Below are positions 29,258 to 39,395 of a stretch of DNA of 64,000 nucleotides, one piece after another. The position numbers and the translations under genes were made by a program. Origin of the DNA: an archaeon (lineage in GTDB: Archaea > Nanobdellota > Nanobdellia > Pacearchaeales > GW2011-AR1). The stretch lies in contig JABIDS010000009.1 of assembly GCA_018651605.1 (NCBI GenBank), forward strand, positions 19,966-83,965. The letters are read 5' to 3'. Each line of letters begins with the position of its first letter. The stretch's first letter is position 1. The notes beneath the pieces were generated by a model. That model did not search any database, was not told the origin of the DNA, and was given only the letters and a program-made list of their open reading frames with translations.

Positions 29258-30544
29258 ATGATAGATATAAAATTAATTAGAGAAAATCCTGAAGTTGTTA
29301 AAGAGAATATTAAGAAGAAGTCTCAGGATGATAAGTTGGGGTTTGTTGATGATGTTGTTAAGTTGGATGCTGATTGGCGGAAGTTGAAGTATCGGGTTGA
29401 TGGTTTGAGGAGTGAGAGAAATAAGATTTCTATTGAGGTTGGTAAGGCTAAAAAGGTTAAGGATGAGAAGTTGGCTAAGGAGTTGATTAAGCAAGCGGGG
29501 AAAATTCCTGAGGAGATTAAAAAGATTGAGATTAAGGCAGATAAGTTGGCTGTTAAGGTTAAAGAGATTATGATGCAGATTCCGAATATTATTCATTCTT
29601 CTGTTCCTATTGGAAAGAATGATAAGGAAAATGTTGAGGTTAAGAAGTATGGGCGGATTCCGAAATTTAGTTTTGATGTTAAGAGCCATGTTGAGATTGG
29701 AGAGAGTTTGGGTTTGTTGGATTTTGATACGTCTGCAGATGTTTCTGGTAATGGTTTTTATTTTATGAAAGGTAAGTTGGCTTTGTTGAATATGGCTTTG
29801 ATTAATTTTGCGCGGGATTTTATGATTAAGAAAAAGTTTGAATATGTTGAGCCACCTTTGATGATTAAGAAAGAAGTTTTGGATGGAGTTTATTCTAGTG
29901 CTGAGATTGATGCGATGGCGTATAAGGTTGATGGTGAGGATTTGTATTTGATTGCGACTTCTGAGCATCCTTTGATTGGGCAATTTATTAGTAAGACTTT
30001 GCAGAAAAAGGATTTGCCTGTTTTGCAGACTGGTTATTCAATGTGTTTTAGAAAGGAAATTGGAAGTCATGGGATTGATGAGAAGGGAATTTATCGGACG
30101 CATCAATTTAATAAACAGGAGATGATTGTGATTTGTGAACCTGAGGATTCTTATAAATGGTATGATGAGATGTTAGGTTTTAGTGTTGATTTGTTTAAAG
30201 AGTTGGAGATTCCTTTTCGAATTTTGGAATGTTGTTCTGGTGATTTAGCTGATTTGAAAGCTAAAAGTTGTGATTTGGAAGCTTGGTCTCCGAGAAGGGG
30301 AGAGTATTTTGAAATTACATCTCTGACGAATATGGAAGCTGCTCAGGCTAGAAGGTTGGGAATTCGTGTGAGTGATGGTAAGAAGAATTATTTTGCTCAT
30401 ACCTTGAATAATACTGTTATTGCAACTTCTAGGGTTTTGGTTGCTATTTTGGAAAATAATCAGCAGAAAGATGGGTCGGTTAAGGTGCCGAAGGTTTTGT
30501 GGAAGTATTGTGGGTTTAAGGTTATTGGTGGGGAGAAGGGTTAA
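29258..30544 (+). CDS. serS: Seryl-tRNA synthetase
   Basis: MIDIKLIREN, LIATSE, FRKEIG, HTLNNT. Confidence 0.97.
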   Translation: MIDIKLIRENPEVVKENIKKKSQDDKLGFVDDVVKLDADWRKLKYRVDGLRSERNKISIEVGKAKKVKDEKLAKELIKQAGKIPEEIKKIEIKADKLAVKVKEIMMQIPNIIHSSVPIGKNDKENVEVKKYGRIPKFSFDVKSHVEIGESLGLLDFDTSADVSGNGFYFMKGKLALLNMALINFARDFMIKKKFEYVEPPLMIKKEVLDGVYSSAEIDAMAYKVDGEDLYLIATSEHPLIGQFISKTLQKKDLPVLQTGYSMCFRKEIGSHGIDEKGIYRTHQFNKQEMIVICEPEDSYKWYDEMLGFSVDLFKELEIPFRILECCSGDLADLKAKSCDLEAWSPRRGEYFEITSLTNMEAAQARRLGIRVSDGKKNYFAHTLNNTVIATSRVLVAILENNQQKDGSVKVPKVLWKYCGFKVIGGEKG

Positions 30545-30597
30545 TGTTTGGGTTTTTATTGAATAGAAAGTTTTTTAAATGGAGTTTTTAATTGATT

Positions 30598-30966
30598 ATG
30601 ATGGAATTATCAGTATATACACCTGAAATTGATTTGGAAGATACTATTTGTGAATTTGATGCTGCGACATCTGAATTAAATTCAGATAGGAGTATTGAAA
30701 ATGTTCATAATGTTGTTGTCCTTAATCGTAGATGGTTGGAAGCTCTTGAAGATAAATATAGGCAACATGATTGGATTGATAGAAATTTGATTAGTAGAGA
30801 TTTGATTAATAGATATCAAGAGGATTCTGGTCGGTGTATTAAAATTTTGAATGAGATGCATAAAAATGATAATGGGGTAGACTATTCTATGTGGTTAAGT
30901 ATTATGGAGTTAAGTGTTGATAAAAGTCGTGATTTGATTCAGAAAATGGATGGCTATGATGCGTAG
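30598..30966 (+). CDS. Hypothetical protein
   Basis: ORF with upstream TATA-like box. Confidence 0.6.
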   Translation: MMELSVYTPEIDLEDTICEFDAATSELNSDRSIENVHNVVVLNRRWLEALEDKYRQHDWIDRNLISRDLINRYQEDSGRCIKILNEMHKNDNGVDYSMWLSIMELSVDKSRDLIQKMDGYDA

Positions 30967-31012
30967 TTGTCATTCTTTAGTAGTTATAAAAACAAAGGTT
31001 TAAATAGTAGTT

Positions 31013-31309
31013 ATGCCTCTGTATAATATGAAAAAAGAACAACTTGAGGCGAGATTAAAAGAGAAAGTTTTGATTGCTAATGGCGAACAAATAAGATTAG
31101 ATGATTCTTTAGTTTATGCTAAACCTTCTCCAGTTTTAAATAGGGTGGATGAAATTGAGATAGAATTAGGATATCAAAGAAATGATGATGATTTTATAGA
31201 GGGTGAAGCATTGAAAATACATGAATTTTTAGAACATGTAGGATTATATGATGATGTTCAAGCTAACCCTCATCAAAAGGAGGAATATTCAGCTATTACT
31301 TTAGTTTGA
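31013..31309 (+). CDS. Hypothetical protein
   Basis: ORF with TTTAAATA box upstream. Confidence 0.6.
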   Translation: MPLYNMKKEQLEARLKEKVLIANGEQIRLDDSLVYAKPSPVLNRVDEIEIELGYQRNDDDFIEGEALKIHEFLEHVGLYDDVQANPHQKEEYSAITLV

Positions 31310-31322
31310 AATTATAATTAAA

Positions 31323-31664
31323 ATGGGACGAGCTTATGCGTTTTTTGATTGTGGAGCTTCGAAAGAAGAAATAAATGAAGAATTGCCTTTTATTCGAAAA
31401 GCTGTTAAAACTCCTGAGAAGTTAGAGCTTTCTTTGAGTGAAGGTATTGATGAATTGGGTTTGGATGGTAAATTGAAAGATATTGCAGAAAATGAAGATA
31501 GACAATATACTTTGTGTGCAAATTATCTTTCAACAAATGAAAAAACTGCAGATGAATTAGCAGGTATTTTGAATCAAGTGTATCAATCTCCTTTAAATGA
31601 GGATGGACAATTTAAAGGAGCAATTGTTCAGGGAGATTGGGGAATGTATCATTCTAGATTTTAA
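31323..31664 (+). CDS. Hypothetical protein
   Basis: 113-aa ORF close behind the previous gene. Confidence 0.65.
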   Translation: MGRAYAFFDCGASKEEINEELPFIRKAVKTPEKLELSLSEGIDELGLDGKLKDIAENEDRQYTLCANYLSTNEKTADELAGILNQVYQSPLNEDGQFKGAIVQGDWGMYHSRF

Positions 31665-31711
31665 ATTTTTTAATACTTAAACCTTAAAAAGGATTTTCTT
31701 TTTATTTTGTT

Positions 31712-32398
31712 ATGTTAGAAAAAAGTATGGTTCCTCGACATGTTGCTATAATTTTGGATGGTAATAGGAGGTTTGCTAAGAAGTTGGTTTTAGAGCCTTG
31801 GAAGGGGCATAGTTATGGTAAGAAAAGGGTTGAGGAATTGTTGGATTATGCTAAGGAATTTGGAGTGAGGGAGATAACATTTTATTGTTTGTCTTCTGAG
31901 AATTTGAATAGGCCTGTTAAGGAGTTGGATTATCTGTATGATTTATTTAGAGAGACTTTTAGAGGTATGGATAGAAGTCGTTTGAATGAAGAAGGAGTTT
32001 GTTTGAAGTTTATTGGAGATTTGGATTTGTTGCCTAGTGATTTGAAAGATATTTGTGTTGAATTAGAGAACTGCAGTTCTGAAGGTAATAGGTTTATTGT
32101 TAATTTTTGTATTGCTTATGGTGGTCGTGCTGAGATTGTTAGGGCTGTTCGTAGAATTGTTGAGTCTGGTGTTAGGGATGTTGATTCTGAAGTTGTTGAG
32201 AAGAATTTGTTGTTGAGTAGTGAACCTGATTTGATTATTAGGACTGGAGGGCAGAAAAGGATTTCTAATTTTTTGCTTTGGCAAGGGGCTTATTCTGAAT
32301 GGATTTTTTTAGATAAAATGTGGCCAGAGGTTTGTAGGGATGATTTTGTTGAATGTGTTGAGGAGTTTGGAAAGAGGAAGAGGAATTTTGGGAAGTGA
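31712..32398 (+). CDS. uppS: cis-prenyltransferase (UppS family)
   Basis: HVAIILDGNRR, SSENLNRP, YGGRAEI, IRTGG…RISNFLLWQ, RNFGK. Confidence 0.95.
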   Translation: MLEKSMVPRHVAIILDGNRRFAKKLVLEPWKGHSYGKKRVEELLDYAKEFGVREITFYCLSSENLNRPVKELDYLYDLFRETFRGMDRSRLNEEGVCLKFIGDLDLLPSDLKDICVELENCSSEGNRFIVNFCIAYGGRAEIVRAVRRIVESGVRDVDSEVVEKNLLLSSEPDLIIRTGGQKRISNFLLWQGAYSEWIFLDKMWPEVCRDDFVECVEEFGKRKRNFGK

Positions 32399-32430
32399 AA
32401 GTTTAAATATCCTTTTTAATTCTTGAGATT

Positions 32431-33036
32431 ATGGGTAAAAAGAAATTTAAAATTCTAGCTGCATCTGATTTTCATGGTGATAGTGCTGTTACTCGGAGGT
32501 TGGCTAAGAAGGCTGAGAAAGAGGGAGTTGATTTGGTTGTTTTGGCCGGGGATTTGACAGGAGTTGTTGAGAGTGATGATATTATTAAACCGTTTGTTGA
32601 TAGGGGAAAGAAGGTTGTCTTTGTTCCTGGGAATTGGGAGTCTTCTGAAACTGCAGCTTTTTTGTCGAAGTTGTATGGTGTGAAGAATGTTGGAGAGCAT
32701 TATGTTAAGTATGGTGATGTAGGGGTTTTTGGAATTGGTAGTCCTAATTGGACTTTTGATATTGATGATAAAAAGACTTTTAAGAAATTGAAAAAGGATT
32801 TTGAAATGATAAAGGATTTGGAGAAGAAAATTATGGTTAGTCATATTAATGCTGCTGGGACAAAGTCTGAGTTTTCAGGTGTTGCTGGGAGTGAGGAAGT
32901 TCGTAAGGCGATTGATGAGTTTCAGCCGGATTTGTTTATTTCTGGGCATATTCACGAGGCTGAGGGGTTGCAGGAGAAGATTGGAAAGACAAAGGTGGTG
33001 AGTGTGGGTAAGAAGGGGAAGATTATAGAGTTGTAA
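32431..33036 (+). CDS. Calcineurin-like metallophosphoesterase
   Basis: SDFHG, AGDL, PGNWE, SGHIHE. Confidence 0.9.
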   Translation: MGKKKFKILAASDFHGDSAVTRRLAKKAEKEGVDLVVLAGDLTGVVESDDIIKPFVDRGKKVVFVPGNWESSETAAFLSKLYGVKNVGEHYVKYGDVGVFGIGSPNWTFDIDDKKTFKKLKKDFEMIKDLEKKIMVSHINAAGTKSEFSGVAGSEEVRKAIDEFQPDLFISGHIHEAEGLQEKIGKTKVVSVGKKGKIIEL

Positions 33037-33049
33037 TGTTTTTAAGAAA

Positions 33050-33382
33050 TTAAATGGTTCTTCTATGTATAAAATAGTAATCTTGACTAGGCAATTCTGT
33101 TGTTCCCATTAGGTCTGTGCCTTTAATTTCTCCTATTGGTCCCTGATATTGCATTGTTTCTTTATTTGCCTTTTCTGCAATATTAACTGGTGAATATCCT
33201 GCATCTAAAATATCTGTTAAAACTAATGCTTTTCTAAATTCTGCTATTCTGCAAGATGTTCCTCTTTGCAGGGTTTTATTAAGAGGATTTTTTCTGAGCA
33301 TTTCTTCTGTCATTGGTTTCATTGTAACTTGCATTTTTTTAAGAGCTAATCTTAAATTATCATTGTGTAATCCTAAATTCAT
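33050..33382 (-). CDS. Hypothetical protein
   Basis: 110-aa ATG ORF with its own TATA-like box. Confidence 0.6.
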   Translation of the reverse strand: MNLGLHNDNLRLALKKMQVTMKPMTEEMLRKNPLNKTLQRGTSCRIAEFRKALVLTDILDAGYSPVNIAEKANKETMQYQGPIGEIKGTDLMGTTELPSQDYYFIHRRTI

Positions 33383-33482
33383 GTTGAGAAATATCTAATT
33401 GTGTTTAAAAGTATTTATGTGATTTGTTGATTAATTGCACCAAGAACTAGAGAGAGTTCCTTCTGGGAATAATACTAATTTT

Positions 33483-34349
33483 TTACTTCATACATAATGC
33501 TCCTTCTCTTATCCATGAATAAGCTACTGTGTTGTCTTGGAAGACAACTAGTTGTCTTACGAAATCTTTTTTTGGATTGTGTTTTGTGACATAGTCTGTG
33601 ATTCTTAGAATGTTTCCCTTGTAATCATAGACTCCTCCTCCCCAAGAATGTCCATGACAAAATTTTGCGTTTTTTTGTAACCATCTTTTAATTTTTAGAA
33701 TGCCTAATCTTGATGGGGTGAATTCATTTCTTGTGCTGTCTGGATTTCCTACTGGCCAACTTGTTAAATTATCATAACCTTTTTCTATAAGTGTATGGAC
33801 TGCTTGTTGGTAGGTTTTTGCATTATCTACTCCTCCTTTTCTTAATAATAATGTCCCTCTAACTCCTACTCCTTGTTCTTCGATGTTGTTGGCTATTTGT
33901 TCTAGGTTTGGGTAAGTCTTTAGGTTGTAGGTTTTTGCTTGTTCTTTTTCGTCTGGATGGTGAATTGATATTGCTATATTTGTTAATCCTAATTCTTTCC
34001 ATTGTGGAAGATGGGTCTTAGTGAATTCTTTATCTCCAAATAAAATTCCATTTGTAAATAAGTTTACATTTGGAAAATATGCTCCTTGGTTTGCACATTT
34101 TTGGTAAATTTCTAGTGCTCTTGTTAAGGAATCTGGGTCGCAAGTTGGTTCTCCGCTACTTGTTAATGATAATGACCAACCTCCGTAACGGGCTGAGAGT
34201 TTTATTGCTGATTCTAAGTTTTTTTCATAAAGCAAGTTTGGTTTTGCTTCAGGTCTTAAATATTTTCCTGCACAGAATTCGCAGTTTGCATTGCAGTTTC
34301 CATCTCCTATTAATGCTGATACGCTGTAGATTTTTTCAATGCATGTCAT
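33483..34349 (-). CDS. Radical SAM protein
   Basis: CNANCEFC (CxxxCxxC), SSGEP, FTNG. Confidence 0.9.
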   Translation of the reverse strand: MTCIEKIYSVSALIGDGNCNANCEFCAGKYLRPEAKPNLLYEKNLESAIKLSARYGGWSLSLTSSGEPTCDPDSLTRALEIYQKCANQGAYFPNVNLFTNGILFGDKEFTKTHLPQWKELGLTNIAISIHHPDEKEQAKTYNLKTYPNLEQIANNIEEQGVGVRGTLLLRKGGVDNAKTYQQAVHTLIEKGYDNLTSWPVGNPDSTRNEFTPSRLGILKIKRWLQKNAKFCHGHSWGGGVYDYKGNILRITDYVTKHNPKKDFVRQLVVFQDNTVAYSWIREGALCMK

Positions 34350-34612
34350 CTTTTTCTCCTTCTTGTTTCATTAAGTTCAATTACTCCTATTTGTATTAAG
34401 TTTTCAAGAAAAACTTTGAAAATTTTATTGCAGCCTTCCATTTGAGAGTCATCAATCCCACACCTTGAACCATCGTAAATATTTGCTAATTGGTGGTAAT
34501 AATGTTTGACTCTTGGGTTAGCAGATAAAATTCCTTTTAAATCGCTTTCTTCAGTGATTTTTCCTTTTTTTAGGTGAAAATAATTTTCTTTGATTCTGTA
34601 TTTTGTTTCCAT
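34346..34612 (-). CDS. Small hypothetical protein translationally coupled to the radical SAM gene
   Basis: ATGA overlap at 34346-34349. Confidence 0.7.
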   Translation of the reverse strand: METKYRIKENYFHLKKGKITEESDLKGILSANPRVKHYYHQLANIYDGSRCGIDDSQMEGCNKIFKVFLENLIQIGVIELNETRRRKR

Positions 34613-34715
34613 ACTATAACATAGAGTTGTAAAATAGATAGTGTTTACTTACAATTTTTTTGTAGTAGTGTTGTAGTGAGATAATTTTTAAATAATCTTT
34701 ATTGTTTGTCTTAGT

Positions 34716-35558
34716 ATGAATAGTAAAGAGATTGTTCGGAAAATTGAGGATTTTGTTTGTTTGAAGCCTCGTTCGATTCAGGAAATTTCAGAGCATATTG
34801 GGAAAAATTGGAGGACTGCAGATAGATATGTTAATGAGATTAGTGAGAATTATGGGACGATTTCTATGAGGGTTTTTAGGGGAGGGACGCGGGGTGCTTT
34901 GAAGATTGTTTATTGGTGTGGAATTGATAGGGCGAAGGGAGGAGTTTTTCAAGAGCAGTTGGAAAGAGAGATTATGAATGGTAGAACTAAATATGATTTT
35001 TCTGTGTTTGATATTTTTCAGCATGTTGATTCTTCTTCTAAGGAGGCGTGGATTAAGGAAGGTGCTGATGAAAGTGATGCGGGGCGTTTGGTAGAATTTA
35101 AGGATTTGTTGCTTCAGGCAGAGAAACAGGTTTTATTTTTTTCTGGTAATTTGTCGTTTATTAATTTAGATGATGATGTTACAAATGTTTTTTCTGTTTT
35201 AGAGGATTTGGTTCGGGAAGGTGTGAGTATTAAGGTTGTTTGTAGAGTTGATATTGCAGGTAAGAGAAATGTTGAAAAGTTGTTAAGTTTGAATCATAAA
35301 TATGGTAAAGAATTGATTGAGATTCATCATCGGGAGCAACCTTTGAGAGTTATGATTGTTGATGATAAGTTTTTTAATATGAAAGAGATTAAAGAACCTA
35401 CTTTGCGTTTAGGAGAGTTGGATATTAAGACGTTTATTTTTTATACTATTTGTGAAAGAGATTGGGTTGAATGGATTAGTCGGATTTTTTGGAAAATGTT
35501 TAATGGGAGTGTTGATGTGGGGGTGAGGGTGAGGGAGATGGAGAGGATACGGGTTTGA
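34716..35558 (+). CDS. HTH plus PLD-like (TrmB-related) regulator, divergent from the radical SAM operon
   Basis: PRSIQEISEHIGKNWRTADRY helix-turn-helix; AEKQV and LRVMIVDDK. Confidence 0.7.
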   Translation: MNSKEIVRKIEDFVCLKPRSIQEISEHIGKNWRTADRYVNEISENYGTISMRVFRGGTRGALKIVYWCGIDRAKGGVFQEQLEREIMNGRTKYDFSVFDIFQHVDSSSKEAWIKEGADESDAGRLVEFKDLLLQAEKQVLFFSGNLSFINLDDDVTNVFSVLEDLVREGVSIKVVCRVDIAGKRNVEKLLSLNHKYGKELIEIHHREQPLRVMIVDDKFFNMKEIKEPTLRLGELDIKTFIFYTICERDWVEWISRIFWKMFNGSVDVGVRVREMERIRV

Positions 35559-35601
35559 ATCTTCCTAAAACTTTTTATACCTTTAATTCCCAGAGATTAT
35601 T

Positions 35602-38112
35602 ATGCCTCCTAAGAAAAAAGTAAACCCTGAAGCTGTTGAGCAGAAAGAATTTCGGGTTTTTGATCCTGCGAATGTGAAGAAGAGTGTTGAAGTTGCTGCT
35701 AAGCCTAAGCCATCTGTTGAGGATTTGCAAACTGTTGAAAAAGTTGGAGATGCTGAAAAGATAGAGAAGGAATTGAAGAAACGATCATCTACTGGAAAGA
35801 AGAAGGTTAGTAAAAGAAAGAAAAAACCTGCTACGAAGAAGGCTGTGAAGAAACCTGCGGTGTTTAAGGAAAAGGCTTTGAAGAAAGATGGTTATGTTTT
35901 TGTTGTGACTGAAAAGCCTCAGGCGGCTGATAAGATTGCTGCGGCGCTTTCTGAAGGTAAGGCGCGGAAGGTTGCGAATCGGGCAAAGGTTTCATATTAT
36001 GAATTTGAGAGGGGGGGTAAGAGGGTTGTTGTTGGATGTGCTGTTGGACATTTGTTTACTATTTCACAGAATGTTAAGGGGGCAGATTATCCTATTTTTG
36101 ATATTGGGTGGTATCCTAATTCTGCTGTTAAGAGGGGTGTTGATTTTACTCGGAAGTATTTTGATGTTATTAAGAAATTAGTTACTGGGGCGAGTGAGAT
36201 TGTTATTGCTACGGATTTTGATGTTGAGGGAGAGGTTATTGGTTATACTGTTATGAAATATATTGCGAATCAGAAGGATGCTTCGCGGATGAAGTTTAGT
36301 TCTTTGACTGCTGGTGAGTTGCAGGATTCTTTTGATAATCGGGCGAATCATATTGAATGGGGGCAGGCGATTGCTGGGGAGACTCGGCATTTTTTGGATT
36401 GGTTGTATGGTATTAATTTGAGTCGGGCTTTGATGAATTCTATTAAGACTACTGGTAAATTTGCTGTGATGAGTATTGGGCGTGTTCAAGGTCCTGCGTT
36501 GCATATGATTGTTGAGAAGGAGAAACAGATTCAAGCGTTTAAGCCAACTCCTTATTGGCAAATTTTTTTAGAAGTGAATGATGGTAAGAATAAATTAGAA
36601 GTTAAACATAATCGAGATATTACTAAGAAGGAAGAGTTGGGGAAGTTTGAGAAATTGAAGGGTGGGAAAGGTGTTGCGAAGACTACGAAGAAGAGTCAAG
36701 TGATTACTCCGCCTGCTCCGTTTGATTTGACTTCGTTGCAGACTGAGGCGTATAAGTTTCATGGGATTACTCCTGTTAATGCTTTGTCTGTTGCGCAAAA
36801 ATTGTATTTAGCTGGTTTGATTTCTTATCCTAGAACTTCTTCACAGAAAATTGGAGATTTGAAAAGTGCTGAAAAAGTTTTGAAGCTTCTTGAGAAAAAT
36901 CATAGTTCTCTTGTGAAGGAAGTTAGCCGTAAAGTTCCTGTTGAGGGAAATAAGTCTGACCCTGCGCATCCTGCGATTATTCCGACTGGGACTCATAGTA
37001 ATAGGTTGAGTGATTATGATGAGAAGATTTATAATTTGATTGTTAAGAGATTTATTTCTTGTTATTGTGCAGATGCTGAGTTGGAGAATAAGAGAGTTAA
37101 TGTTGATGTTTCAAGTGGTTTGAAGTTTGCTGCTCGTGGAATGGAGGTTAAGAAAAGTGGTTGGATGAAGGTTTATCCTACTAAGATGGAGGCAAAGGAG
37201 TTGAAGGATATGGATGGAGAGGTTAATATTGATGAAGTTAAGATTGAGGAGAAGGAGACTAAGCCTCCGAATCGGTTTTCTCCTGCGTCTATTGTGACTG
37301 CTCTTGAGAAAAAGAATTTAGGGACAAAGGCTACTCGTGCGAATATTATTGAGACACTTTATGATAGGAATTATGTTAAGGGGAAATCTATTACTGCTAC
37401 TGAGTTGGGGATTCGATTGATTGATTCTTTGAAAAAATATTCTCCTGTGATTATTGAAGAGGAATTGACTCGTGAGATTGAAAAAGATATGGATAATATT
37501 CGGAGTTCTAAGCATGATTTGGATGTTAAAAAGGGGAAGGTTATTGGTAAGGCTGAAGATGCTTTGACTAAAATTTCTAAGGATTTTAAAAAGAATGAGG
37601 TTGTGATTGGGAAGGAGTTGCGAGGGGCGAATGAGGCGGCGTGGGCGCAGGAAAAAGAAGATAATAAATTATTGAAGTGTACTGGTTGTGGTAAAGGTTT
37701 TTTGTCTCTTAGATATACGCCAAGATTTAAGAGTTATTTTGTTGGATGTGAAACTTATCCTGATTGTACTCAGACTTATCCTTTGCCTTCTGGATGTGTT
37801 GTTAAAAAAGTTGAAGGTAAGATGTGTGAGGAATGTGGTTGGCCAATGTTAATTAGGTATAAGCCAAGTAAGAGGCCATGGGTTTTTTGTTTTAATCCTA
37901 AATGTCCAACGAGGTTGGAGTTGGATTTGAGTGGGAAGGCGAAGAAGAAGGGGGCGAGGTATGTTGGTGGGAAAACGAAAACTGCGGAGAGTAAGGGTGT
38001 GGCTGATATAGGTGTTAAAGAAAAAGGGGAGGATGTTGGGGTTGAGAAGGGTGATGGTGTTGGGGTTGGGAGGGGTGGAGATGTTGAGGTTAAAAAGGTT
38101 AAGGAGAAGTGA
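35602..38112 (+). CDS. topA: DNA topoisomerase I (type IA) with Lys-rich N-terminal extension and C-terminal Zn ribbons
   Basis: TEKP, ATDFDVEGE, SIGRVQ, ISYPRT, LGTKATR. Confidence 0.96.
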   Translation: MPPKKKVNPEAVEQKEFRVFDPANVKKSVEVAAKPKPSVEDLQTVEKVGDAEKIEKELKKRSSTGKKKVSKRKKKPATKKAVKKPAVFKEKALKKDGYVFVVTEKPQAADKIAAALSEGKARKVANRAKVSYYEFERGGKRVVVGCAVGHLFTISQNVKGADYPIFDIGWYPNSAVKRGVDFTRKYFDVIKKLVTGASEIVIATDFDVEGEVIGYTVMKYIANQKDASRMKFSSLTAGELQDSFDNRANHIEWGQAIAGETRHFLDWLYGINLSRALMNSIKTTGKFAVMSIGRVQGPALHMIVEKEKQIQAFKPTPYWQIFLEVNDGKNKLEVKHNRDITKKEELGKFEKLKGGKGVAKTTKKSQVITPPAPFDLTSLQTEAYKFHGITPVNALSVAQKLYLAGLISYPRTSSQKIGDLKSAEKVLKLLEKNHSSLVKEVSRKVPVEGNKSDPAHPAIIPTGTHSNRLSDYDEKIYNLIVKRFISCYCADAELENKRVNVDVSSGLKFAARGMEVKKSGWMKVYPTKMEAKELKDMDGEVNIDEVKIEEKETKPPNRFSPASIVTALEKKNLGTKATRANIIETLYDRNYVKGKSITATELGIRLIDSLKKYSPVIIEEELTREIEKDMDNIRSSKHDLDVKKGKVIGKAEDALTKISKDFKKNEVVIGKELRGANEAAWAQEKEDNKLLKCTGCGKGFLSLRYTPRFKSYFVGCETYPDCTQTYPLPSGCVVKKVEGKMCEECGWPMLIRYKPSKRPWVFCFNPKCPTRLELDLSGKAKKKGARYVGGKTKTAESKGVADIGVKEKGEDVGVEKGDGVGVGRGGDVEVKKVKEK

Positions 38113-38136
38113 ACGGTTGTTGCGGTGAAGATTTAA

Positions 38137-38230
38137 TTGGTTGCGGTCTCCCAAGCCTGACTTTGTCAAGGCTCTCCGACTTGCAGTTTTGATAATGTTG
38201 AATATTTTATCATGAGGTTATGAGTGGTTT
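38137..38230 (+). repeat. Dispersed palindromic element, subtype B
   Basis: agcctgactttgtcaaggct hairpin, then ttgcag…gaatattttatcatgaggttatgagtggtt. Confidence 0.75.
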
Positions 38231-38272
38231 AGTAAATAAATATTTATATATGTAATTAGGATGATTATTTAA

Positions 38273-38773
38273 ATGGAATCTAATCTTGCAACCATTTATG
38301 TATGGGAAAAAAGAAATTTGGATGTAGATAATTTATTATTTGTTCTTGGAGGTAAAAAGGCTCCAACATATACTGAACTTAAATCACAATTTGATCGTAA
38401 TCATAGAAAACCTATTTCACTTAGGCATTATTCAAATGAATTTGAAATTTATCAAAGTATAGCAGGAACCGAACCTCTTGTTAAAGATCCTCATTATACT
38501 GGAGATGTCTCTCCTTTTTTAACTTTTGATTTAGAAAAAAGATTGAAAAAATTAGAGTTGTCATTACCTGAACATGAACTTCAATTTAATCCTCGTGAAA
38601 GCAATGATTATAAAAGTGTAGATTTAGCTAGGGTTGGAGGATTAGCATTATATTTGGTTGAAAGTTTGAGTGCTAAGGATGTTTTAGCAGTTAATGGGAC
38701 AGATATTGAAAATGGGGTAATCTATGCTTCTCCTGGAATTGAAAGAAAAGTTTCTGATTCTATTCTTATTTGA
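38273..38773 (+). CDS. Hypothetical protein (ORFan-like) flanked by direct repeats
   Basis: 166-aa ORF with weaker G/T skew and its own TATA box. Confidence 0.7.
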   Translation: MESNLATIYVWEKRNLDVDNLLFVLGGKKAPTYTELKSQFDRNHRKPISLRHYSNEFEIYQSIAGTEPLVKDPHYTGDVSPFLTFDLEKRLKKLELSLPEHELQFNPRESNDYKSVDLARVGGLALYLVESLSAKDVLAVNGTDIENGVIYASPGIERKVSDSILI

Positions 38774-38804
38774 TTGAAATTTTATCGTGAGATTATGAGT
38801 GGTT
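38774..38804 (+). repeat. Truncated tail of the subtype-B element
   Basis: attttatcgtgagattatgagtggtt versus attttatcatgaggttatgagtggtt at 38204-38229. Confidence 0.75.
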
Positions 38805-38849
38805 CTTTAATATAATTAAATTTATAAGCCTAGAAAATGCACATAGGTT

Positions 38850-39350
38850 ATGTATAATAATGAAGAACTAGGGATTATTGGAAGAGCTAGAGTGCATGGA
38901 TTTGCATCTTATCTATGTAATGAATATGGTTCTAAGGGTATGTTGGATAGGTCTTTTAATTCTGAACAATTGCCTGACAAAGATTTTTTTGAGAAAAGGT
39001 ATAATCATATGAAGAATAAAAAAAGTGATTTTGATATTACTTATTTAATAGAACTTCCTGAAGAATCTGTAAATCCTCTTAAGGATGAACAAGAGAAGTG
39101 GAAAAATTTGTCTCCTAGGGTTGGTTGTTTTTTAGATACATTAGATTATTTGATTGAAGAATATGATTCTGTAAAAGAGGATTGTGAAGGTGATAGGAAA
39201 ATGGTTAGTAGGGTTATGAATGAATGGTGGGAATTGTTGCAAGAATGGAATGCTCTTTCAAATTCTTATAAGGTTAAAGTAGAGATGGTTTATGATGCTT
39301 TAAATGAGCGAGGGATTCATAATCTTAATTTTGAAGTGTTTGATAAATAA
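38850..39350 (+). CDS. Hypothetical protein
   Basis: 166-aa ORF with TTTATAA box upstream. Confidence 0.7.
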   Translation: MYNNEELGIIGRARVHGFASYLCNEYGSKGMLDRSFNSEQLPDKDFFEKRYNHMKNKKSDFDITYLIELPEESVNPLKDEQEKWKNLSPRVGCFLDTLDYLIEEYDSVKEDCEGDRKMVSRVMNEWWELLQEWNALSNSYKVKVEMVYDALNERGIHNLNFEVFDK

Positions 39351-39395
39351 CCCAAACTTTATAATCTTCTTTTCCTTGTTATTTTTAGGTGATTC

